Positions 17,477 to 24,633 of a stretch of 30,035 bases of DNA are shown here, in pieces; position 1 is the first letter of the stretch; every line of letters starts with the position of its first letter. The stretch comes from Opitutia bacterium (GTDB lineage Bacteria; Verrucomicrobiota; Verrucomicrobiia; Opitutales; T3Sed10-336). The notes beneath the pieces are model-generated. The model was not told where the DNA came from and ran no database searches. It saw only the letters and a program-made list of their open reading frames with translations. Made by a program: the position numbers and the translations under genes. The stretch covers positions 1 to 30,035 of the forward strand of contig JBJHCF010000053.1 of assembly GCA_050506795.1 (NCBI GenBank). The letters run 5' to 3'.

Positions 17477-20400
17477 ATGAAGCGGACTATTTTATTTTTA
17501 TCCCTGCTGACCGCCGGACTCGGCACCGTCGTCAACGCCCAGGACACCCGGCCGGCGGCTGGCAAAGCCTACGTATCCGATCGGGAAATACACCTCCATA
17601 TCACTCCGGCGGAATCGGGCCTGGCGGAACCGGTGTTAATCGATCGCGCCACCGGCCTCTACCGTTTCGCGTGGCGGGATGCGCAAGGCGTGCTGCAATG
17701 GGGCGAAACCCGTTCCACCGGACTGCCCGCCGTCGACAGCGCCAGCGCCGGACTTTTCCTGCCAAAATCTGGTCCGGGTTTTGTGGTCGTTGAACGGGAC
17801 GCCAACCGCCTGGCTTTTGTCACGCCCTCGGCCGACCCCGCCGTCGCCAACCCCGCGCTGGTCCCGTCGCCGGCCCCCGGACCCGCACGGGTCGCGGCCG
17901 GGAGATTTCACCACCGCAATGAAACGGAGCTGCATGAAATCGCCCTGCTCACCGCCTACAACACCTCCAGCCAGGCTCACCGGCTGGATTTCCTTAGCCT
18001 CGACAATGCCACATTTCCAACCCCGACCCTGCATCCGCTGGACGGAGAAGGCGTCACCATGGATCATCCGGGAAGCTTCGAAACCCTCCGGCACCCGTCG
18101 ATCGACACCGACATTCTCCTTCTGAGCGGCGACGCTTCCATCGCCGGGCCCCTGACCGGGTATTACCTGGACGGCTCCGCTATCGATATCGCGGTCCAGT
18201 ACATCGGGTCCGCCGAGACCCGTTTCGAAGTCGCCGAGCTTTTTGCCGCCCCGGACAACCCGTCCCTGTTGATCTGGCACCGGGGCGAACCGGTCCTGCA
18301 CCACGCGGTTCTCGTGGAGGGAAACGGCATCGACGGCGCGCCGCTGGGATTAAAATTCCTAGAACCGGAATGTGTGCTGCCGTTTAATATCGGTTCCCTG
18401 GTCCTCCTGGAGGACGGCGCCGATCCGGCGCGAATCCTGGTGGTGTCCGACGACGGAAGACTGGCGGTCGTGTTGCCGATCCACGACTCCTGCCCCGGCG
18501 ATCCCCTGGAAACGCTGCAGGCCGGGGAACAGGGCGTGTTCCTCGGCGCCCTCCCCGACGGGAAAGGCGGCTTCACTCTATTCACCGGGGTCCGGGGCGG
18601 CGCCAGCCGCGGCTACATGGATTTTCAACGCGAGGGCGACGGTTCCTACACGTTGAGAAGCGAGGGCTTACTGCCCGAACTCGACCATCGGCAGCGTTTC
18701 CCAAACCTGATCGGATTCGATCAGGATCCCTTTCTCGTTCCGGAGGCTTCGGCCTTCGCGTACTACCGTTACCAGGACTGGACGCTCCAGGGAACCTTTG
18801 CCGGCAACGCGGTGGAAGCGGTGGGGCAGGCGTTCCTGGGCGAGACCGAAGGGCTCGGCCAGGCTTCGACTTCGGCGGTCGGCTCGGTCGCCCCCGGTGT
18901 CGGATTCCTTCTGCCCAACCAGGTCGCCGCCGATATCTCGGTTGCCGCCCTGGCCCCTGTCGGATCCCACACTCCGGATTCGGTCTCGGTCTCCCCGGCG
19001 CCCGGCACCTACAACCGCAGCATCCGGCTCGATTTCTCCACCGGGGTTCCCGACGGGACGGTTTACTTCCGGCTGGATTCTTCGGGACCGTGGAACGCTT
19101 ACGATCCCGGCGCCCGCCCGGCCCTCTTTCAGGACACCACGGTGCAGTACTACGCCCGCTCCGAATCCGACCCCAACCGCATCACCGCGGTCCGGACCGC
19201 GATCTACACCTTCTCGCAACCCTTTCACCGTTTCGATTCCAACCGCGACGGCGTGCCCGACTTTGTCCGCGACCACTTCGGTCTCGATCCGTTTGGGCCA
19301 GTGGACAGCAGCGGCAACGGAATCACTGACCTCGAAGCCATTTTGCGTGGCCTCGACCCGCTTGATCCCGACGCCGAGGCCACCGGCCGTCCGATGGACT
19401 TCGGACTTGTTTTCGACGCCGAGGTGTATCCGCATTTTCCGGACCCGAAGGAAGCGCCCGGAACCGCCTTCCTCGACGCGGAGTCCGGAGTGAGCATCGA
19501 AGCCCACAAACTCACCTCCAACCGCGCCGGCCGTGGCGTTATCGGCAGCGCCACCGGCGATCCCTCCGGAGCCCTCCTGGAAAGACTGGATCCGGCGGGA
19601 GGACGTCTTTTCTTCACCGCCTCGACACCCTCGGTCTTTCCCACAAATCCCGTTGTCGGCGAATTCCATGGGCATGAACTCCTCGGACTGTTTGCCGCCC
19701 CGGACCTGACTCTGCCGGTCATCGAATACTCACCGTCCGGCCAGTCCCTGGCGGAAGAAGTGGACAACTGGCGCAACGCCGCCCTGAAGGCCCTCGAGGG
19801 ACACGAACGCGTCGTCGACCACTGGAACCTGACTCCGGAGAGCACCTTTGTGCTGGCGCTGATGGAGCACTCGCTGTCCGCTTTGCTCGCCGATCGGAAT
19901 GGAGAAAACCCAGCCCCGCACACCCTGGTCCCCCACCGGCGCGGCGACAACGACCGCGCCCGCTTCACCCGGGAAAAAATTGAATCCCTCACCCGGCCCC
20001 TGCCCGGAGCCCGCGACCTGAACGGACCGCTCTATGACCTGATCGCCGGCCGGGACGCCATCATCGACACCGTGGAAAACGGCCAGGGCGTCCAGGCCCA
20101 AGCCGTGCGAGCGTTGATTTACGACGTATTTCAAACCCGCACCCTGCACCACGATCCGCAACAAGCCGACCTGCCTCGCCCGCTGGACGCCTTTCGCGGG
20201 TTCCTGGAAAACGGCGGTGAATTGCCCGGCGCCTACCAGGATCTTATTGAATTGAGTGCCCCGGAAATCGAGGACGCGTATCTCGGCGCGCTCGCCATCG
20301 CCGAAGGTGCTTTCCCGGAACGAAGATTATCCATTCGCGTCGTTGAGATCGTGCCGGACACCTTCGACGCCCCCTGCCGCAACGTCATCGATCGCGCCCG

Positions 20401-21016
20401 GGGAGAAACCCTGCAACTGCTGAACGCGCGTGGCGAACCCTACCGCTTCCCCTCCGCGCTGCGCCTGCCGGAAGGCACCCGGCTGGAAATCAGCGGTTTC
20501 CCCTTGGAAATCGCCACCGGCGAGTGCCAGGGTGAGCCGTTCGAAGTGCTGGCGGTGCATTTGATCTTTCTGCCCTCCCCGATTGCGGCGGACGGCGACG
20601 GCAACCTCCTCCCCGATGAATGGGAACAGGCCTTTTTCGGAACGACCGGGCTGGATCCTTTTGCCGACAGCAGCGGCAACGGGTACTCGAACCTCCAGCA
20701 CTACCTGCGGGGCTCGGATCCCCGTTCCTCCTCGCCCATTTCCGGAGTCGAGCCGGCCGACCTTTCTCCACCAACCGTGGAGATCCGCACGACCGACAAC
20801 GGCGAATTCGAAATCGAATGGGCTTACCCCTACCCCTACATCCAACACATCGGGTTCCTGGTGGAGGAAAGTCACGACATGAACGATTGGCAGCCGCTGC
20901 CACCGATCAGTCAAAGCCAACCCGCCGCCGACCGACGCCGGGCCGTTCTGCCCGGACCGCAAGGCGACGGAACAGACGCCCCCTTCTTTCGGCTGCGGAT
21001 GGAAATCGATCATTGA
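17477..21016 (+). CDS. Large secreted protein (1179 aa) with a chitobiase/beta-hexosaminidase-C (Fn3-associated)-like domain, DxxxDG-type Ca-binding repeats and a terminal module
   Basis: Signal peptide MKRTILFLSLLTAGLGTVVNA/QD; SPAPGTY...TVYFRLD...W..Y...TTVQYYA; DSNRDGVPD...GLDP, DSSGNGITD...GLDP, DGDGNLLPDEWEQAFFG...DSSGNGYSNLQHYLRGSDP; ends PFFRLRMEIDH. Confidence 0.88.
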   Translation: MKRTILFLSLLTAGLGTVVNAQDTRPAAGKAYVSDREIHLHITPAESGLAEPVLIDRATGLYRFAWRDAQGVLQWGETRSTGLPAVDSASAGLFLPKSGPGFVVVERDANRLAFVTPSADPAVANPALVPSPAPGPARVAAGRFHHRNETELHEIALLTAYNTSSQAHRLDFLSLDNATFPTPTLHPLDGEGVTMDHPGSFETLRHPSIDTDILLLSGDASIAGPLTGYYLDGSAIDIAVQYIGSAETRFEVAELFAAPDNPSLLIWHRGEPVLHHAVLVEGNGIDGAPLGLKFLEPECVLPFNIGSLVLLEDGADPARILVVSDDGRLAVVLPIHDSCPGDPLETLQAGEQGVFLGALPDGKGGFTLFTGVRGGASRGYMDFQREGDGSYTLRSEGLLPELDHRQRFPNLIGFDQDPFLVPEASAFAYYRYQDWTLQGTFAGNAVEAVGQAFLGETEGLGQASTSAVGSVAPGVGFLLPNQVAADISVAALAPVGSHTPDSVSVSPAPGTYNRSIRLDFSTGVPDGTVYFRLDSSGPWNAYDPGARPALFQDTTVQYYARSESDPNRITAVRTAIYTFSQPFHRFDSNRDGVPDFVRDHFGLDPFGPVDSSGNGITDLEAILRGLDPLDPDAEATGRPMDFGLVFDAEVYPHFPDPKEAPGTAFLDAESGVSIEAHKLTSNRAGRGVIGSATGDPSGALLERLDPAGGRLFFTASTPSVFPTNPVVGEFHGHELLGLFAAPDLTLPVIEYSPSGQSLAEEVDNWRNAALKALEGHERVVDHWNLTPESTFVLALMEHSLSALLADRNGENPAPHTLVPHRRGDNDRARFTREKIESLTRPLPGARDLNGPLYDLIAGRDAIIDTVENGQGVQAQAVRALIYDVFQTRTLHHDPQQADLPRPLDAFRGFLENGGELPGAYQDLIELSAPEIEDAYLGALAIAEGAFPERRLSIRVVEIVPDTFDAPCRNVIDRARGETLQLLNARGEPYRFPSALRLPEGTRLEISGFPLEIATGECQGEPFEVLAVHLIFLPSPIAADGDGNLLPDEWEQAFFGTTGLDPFADSSGNGYSNLQHYLRGSDPRSSSPISGVEPADLSPPTVEIRTTDNGEFEIEWAYPYPYIQHIGFLVEESHDMNDWQPLPPISQSQPAADRRRAVLPGPQGDGTDAPFFRLRMEIDH

Positions 21017-21035
21017 GCCATCGGTTCAGCGTCGC

Positions 21036-21065
21036 TTGACACCTCGCGGTTCCGGAGCGTAAACA
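21036..21065 (+). promoter_or_regulatory. Possible sigma70 promoter for the acyltransferase gene
   Basis: Perfect TTGACA at 21036-21041, but only a weak -10 (TAAACA at 18-bp spacing). Confidence 0.25.
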
Positions 21066-21119
21066 GAAACGCTTCGTTTTTCGATTTCCACGGGCGGTCC
21101 GTGGCAACACAGATTCACT

Positions 21120-21977
21120 ATGGCTAAAATATTTCTGTTTCCGGGACAAGGTTCCCAGTCACTCGGCATGGGCAAGGACCTGTTCGCACGGTTTCGCGAC
21201 GAGGTCGCTGTCGCCGACGAAATCCTGGGGTATTCCGTTGAAGATCTCTGTCTCAACGGCCCCGAGGAGAAACTGAACCTCACCCAGCACACCCAGCCCG
21301 CCCTTTACCTGGTCAACGCGCTGACCTGGAAACAGAAGCTGGAGGACGGCGGCGAGGCACCCGCGTTTACCGCCGGGCACAGCCTCGGTGAATACAATGC
21401 CCTCCTGGCCGCCGGCGTCTTCAACTTCGGCACGGGATTGCGTCTGGTGCAGGAGCGCGGACGCCTCATGGGCGAAGCACGCGACGGCGGAATGGCCGCG
21501 GTGGTTGGACTGGACCGGGAAAAAATCGAATCGATTCTGCGTGAGAACGGCCTGGAGTCGCTCGACATCGCCAACCTCAACGCCCCCGACCAAACCGTGC
21601 TCTCCGGCCCGAAAGCCGACATTGAACGCGCCAAGCCGTTCTTCGACGATTCGGGTGCACGCATGTACGTGCCACTCAAGGTCAGCGCCGCCTTTCACTC
21701 CCGCTACATGACCCAGGCGGCGGATTCGTTCTCTCGGTTCCTGGAGGACTTCAGTTTCTCCGCCCCGAAGATTCCGGTGATCGCCAACGTATCCGCCCAG
21801 CCTTACGGCGACAACGACGTCACCGCCAATCTGGCCGGACAAATCAACGGCTCCGTCCGCTGGACCGAATCCATCAATTACCTCCTCGACCAGTCCCCCG
21901 ACGCCGAGTTCGAAGAAGTTGGCCCGGGCAAGGTGCTCGCGGGACTGCTGCGCAAGATCAAAGCCGGACGGAAGTAA
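21120..21977 (+). CDS. fabD: Malonyl-CoA:ACP transacylase (FabD family, PksC-like stand-alone acyltransferase)
   Basis: FPGQGSQ, TQPALY, catalytic GHSLGEY, RGRLM, ANLNAP, AFHS, SVRW, EVGPGKVL. Confidence 0.93.
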   Translation: MAKIFLFPGQGSQSLGMGKDLFARFRDEVAVADEILGYSVEDLCLNGPEEKLNLTQHTQPALYLVNALTWKQKLEDGGEAPAFTAGHSLGEYNALLAAGVFNFGTGLRLVQERGRLMGEARDGGMAAVVGLDREKIESILRENGLESLDIANLNAPDQTVLSGPKADIERAKPFFDDSGARMYVPLKVSAAFHSRYMTQAADSFSRFLEDFSFSAPKIPVIANVSAQPYGDNDVTANLAGQINGSVRWTESINYLLDQSPDAEFEEVGPGKVLAGLLRKIKAGRK

Positions 21978-22047
21978 GTTGGGGGTTCCTCGCTGTCAGT
22001 TGTCAGTAAGAACGAATACGCGTGCGGAACTGATTTTTTTCAGATTC

Positions 22048-22075
22048 CAACCGCCAACGAACAACCAACAACCGT
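22048..22075 (+). repeat. Four degenerate 7-bp tandem repeats
   Basis: caaccgc-caacgaa-caaccaa-caaccgt. A 7-bp-period tgtcagt-tgtcagt lies just upstream (21994-22007). Confidence 0.5.
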
Positions 22076-22132
22076 CCCCTCACCCGCTTCCGTTCCAAAA
22101 TGATCAGCCCGGAAAGCCGTGATCGTTACTAT

Positions 22133-22165
22133 TGAAGTGTAACCGAGGTCCTTGGGTTGTTACCC
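22133..22165 (+). repeat. Solo copy of an IS481-type terminal sequence
   Basis: tgaagtgtaaccgaggtccttg (22133-22154) matches 29629-29650 at 21/22 positions. It is followed by ggttgttaccc, similar to the ggttgtaccc terminus near 29675-29684. Confidence 0.75.
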
Positions 22166-22253
22166 TTTCATCTTACCTGTAGAATTACGGTCCCACAGGA
22201 CCGGGAGATCGGCGAAGTTGACCGGGCTAGCCATTCGGGTATTCTCCGACCTT

Positions 22254-24497
22254 ATGAAAACGAACACTATGAGCCACATTTTTACACACAAAAACAGGAC
22301 GGCTATACATAGTCTTACACTTGGCTTGCTGTTATTGATTATTCCAGGTTTTGCCTCAGATGCCAACGCCCGGAATGCTCCTATGAAACCTATTGCGGAA
22401 GGGCAAGAAAAGTGGATCGGTAACATTTGGAGCCATCAACAGTTGGAGGGTTTCACCAATTACTGGAACCAGGTAACCGCTGAAAATGCCGGCAAATGGG
22501 GAAGTGTTGAACATACAAGAGGGAATTACAATTGGAACAACCTTGATGCCAGCTATAATCTGGCAAAAGAAAACGGATTTCCTTACCGGTTTCATGTACT
22601 TATCTGGGGCGGACAGCAACCGGGCTGGATCAATGACCTGAGTACCGAAGACCAATTGGAAGCCATTACGCAATGGATGGACGCGGTTGCTGCACGGTAC
22701 CCCGATATGGAATATGTGGAAGTGGTAAATGAAGGGTCCAACGGTCACCAATTGCCTGACGGGCAAAGTGGTTCCGCCAACTATATTGAAGCTTTGGGCG
22801 GAACCGGTGAAACCGGACACGACTGGATCATCACCGCTTTCGAAATGGCACGTGAGCGATTTCCCAATAGTAAACTCATGATCAATGACTACAATATTGT
22901 CAGCAGTGAGACCTGGGGTAGCCAAAATGCACGAAATTATATGCGTATCATCGAAGACCTTCAAGAGCGTGACTTAATTGATGTGATTGGCGTTCAATCC
23001 CATGCGTTCTCAACACCGGGATCGCAAGCGCAAATTAGACGCGTACTGGATCAGTTGGCTGCGACTGGTTTACCCATCCAGGCCACCGAAATGGATATCC
23101 AGGGAGATTCAGATTTATCACAAGAAGAATCCGATCAACTTCAGCTTGAAAATATGCAACGGGTTTTCCCGGTATTTTGGGAGCACCCTGCAGTGGAAGG
23201 TATCACTTTCTGGGGTTGGAGAAGTACCTGGATGGAGGATGCTGAGCTAATTTACAGCAATGGTGAAGAACGGCCGGCCCTCCAATGGCTAAGGGAGTAT
23301 GTTGAAAATTGGGAGTCCGATAGTTCCGAACAATTAGACCCGTCGCTTTGGAACTGGGTTCCGTTCGATGAGGGTTCCGGCGGCGTGGCGGCAGACGCGA
23401 CCGACGCGGGCCGCGACGCGACATTGGCTGGTGGAGCCGGCTGGGGCCAGGGACGGAATGGCAGCGCCCTCTCGCTGCCCGGAACGAACGGATCCTACGC
23501 GGGGCTTCCCGCGGGAATCGTCAGCGATTTGGATGCGATTACTATCGGTGCCTGGGTCTATTGGGAAGGCGGCGGAAATTGGCAGCGCATCTTTGATTTT
23601 GGTCACGATACCAGTCGTTACTTGTTCCTGACTCCCCGCAGCGGCTCAGGGACGCTCCGGTTTGCGATAACACCTTCAGGGGGCCCCGGCAACGAGCAGT
23701 TGATTGAATCCGGCTCAGCCCTGTCAATCGGTTCATGGAACCATGTCGCGGTGACGATTTCCGGAAACACCGGACGGCTCTTCCTCAACGGAAATCAAGT
23801 CGGGCTCAATTCTGCCATGACCTTGCGTCCATCCGATCTTGGAGTGACTCCCAACAATTGGATTGGCCGGAGCCAGTGGGCGGATCCGTATTTTAACGGG
23901 CGGGTTGAGGATTTTCGCATCTATTCGGGCGCTTTGACCCCGGACCAAATCGCGGACCTGGTTCAGCTTGGCGCGGTCACTCCGCCGCCCCCGACCGGCC
24001 TCCAGGTCGTGCCGCAAGCAGAACGCGGAGTGATTGAATTGAGCTGGGAAGCGGTGGTGGAAGCGGACGAATACAACGTGTGGCGGGCCTCCGGAGAGGA
24101 CGATTACCAGATGATCGCCGACGGCCTCACGGAAACGTTTTTCGCCGACCAGGAGGTGATGCCGGAGGTGCTTTACAGCTACCGACTAACCTCCGTGAAC
24201 GCGGCCGGGGAGAGTTCGCCTTCAACCGAAACGAGCGTCGAACTCCCATCATTGATTGGGGTCGATGATGCGCGCGTGCAATCAATTCGGAGTGAAGGGG
24301 GGAATATCGTGCTCAAAATGCCGTCCGTATCCGGATTTCAATACCAACTTCAACGCCGGTATGACCTGGCTTCCGGGGAATGGGAAGACGTAGGAGGGCC
24401 GGTCCCGGCTTCGGGGGAGGAGATCGAATTCTCGGACATTCACGACTCCGAGGCTGTTCGAGCGTTTTACCGGGTGGTTATCCGGCCGGATATATGA
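22254..24497 (+). CDS. Secreted GH10 endo-1,4-beta-xylanase with LamG-like jellyroll, Fn3 and terminal module
   Basis: NQVTAENAGKW, FHVLIW, acid/base VVNE, LMINDYN, IGVQSH, nucleophile ATEMD, GITFWG. LamG motifs WQRIFDFG...WNHVAVT...FNGRVEDFRIYSGAL. Fn3 motifs LSW...YNVWR...YRLTSVN. Probable start ATG 22254 (or the next Met). Confidence 0.92.
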   Translation: MKTNTMSHIFTHKNRTAIHSLTLGLLLLIIPGFASDANARNAPMKPIAEGQEKWIGNIWSHQQLEGFTNYWNQVTAENAGKWGSVEHTRGNYNWNNLDASYNLAKENGFPYRFHVLIWGGQQPGWINDLSTEDQLEAITQWMDAVAARYPDMEYVEVVNEGSNGHQLPDGQSGSANYIEALGGTGETGHDWIITAFEMARERFPNSKLMINDYNIVSSETWGSQNARNYMRIIEDLQERDLIDVIGVQSHAFSTPGSQAQIRRVLDQLAATGLPIQATEMDIQGDSDLSQEESDQLQLENMQRVFPVFWEHPAVEGITFWGWRSTWMEDAELIYSNGEERPALQWLREYVENWESDSSEQLDPSLWNWVPFDEGSGGVAADATDAGRDATLAGGAGWGQGRNGSALSLPGTNGSYAGLPAGIVSDLDAITIGAWVYWEGGGNWQRIFDFGHDTSRYLFLTPRSGSGTLRFAITPSGGPGNEQLIESGSALSIGSWNHVAVTISGNTGRLFLNGNQVGLNSAMTLRPSDLGVTPNNWIGRSQWADPYFNGRVEDFRIYSGALTPDQIADLVQLGAVTPPPPTGLQVVPQAERGVIELSWEAVVEADEYNVWRASGEDDYQMIADGLTETFFADQEVMPEVLYSYRLTSVNAAGESSPSTETSVELPSLIGVDDARVQSIRSEGGNIVLKMPSVSGFQYQLQRRYDLASGEWEDVGGPVPASGEEIEFSDIHDSEAVRAFYRVVIRPDI

Positions 24498-24557
24498 GAA
24501 ACCTATCGGTTTTGTCCACAGTCAAGCAGAACCTGACGTCTTCCCAGTCGCCCGAAG

Positions 24558-24599
24558 AAAAAAAAACCGTCGGCCCGGAAATCCGAGCCGACGATTTTT
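24558..24599. terminator. Probable bidirectional intrinsic terminator between convergent genes
   Basis: A9 run (24558-24566), GC-rich stem cgtcggcccgga-aa-tccgagccgacg (24568-24593; the single mismatch is G-U on the minus transcript), then attttt. Confidence 0.8.
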
Positions 24600-24633
24600 A
24601 ACTTTTCGGGCTGACTGCAGCCCGGTTCCCAGG

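Noticed and set aside
22152..22253. N-terminal extension of the xylanase ORF
   Set aside because: Starts at a TTG inside the IS-end scar. The signal peptide follows the Met at 22254 or the next Met.
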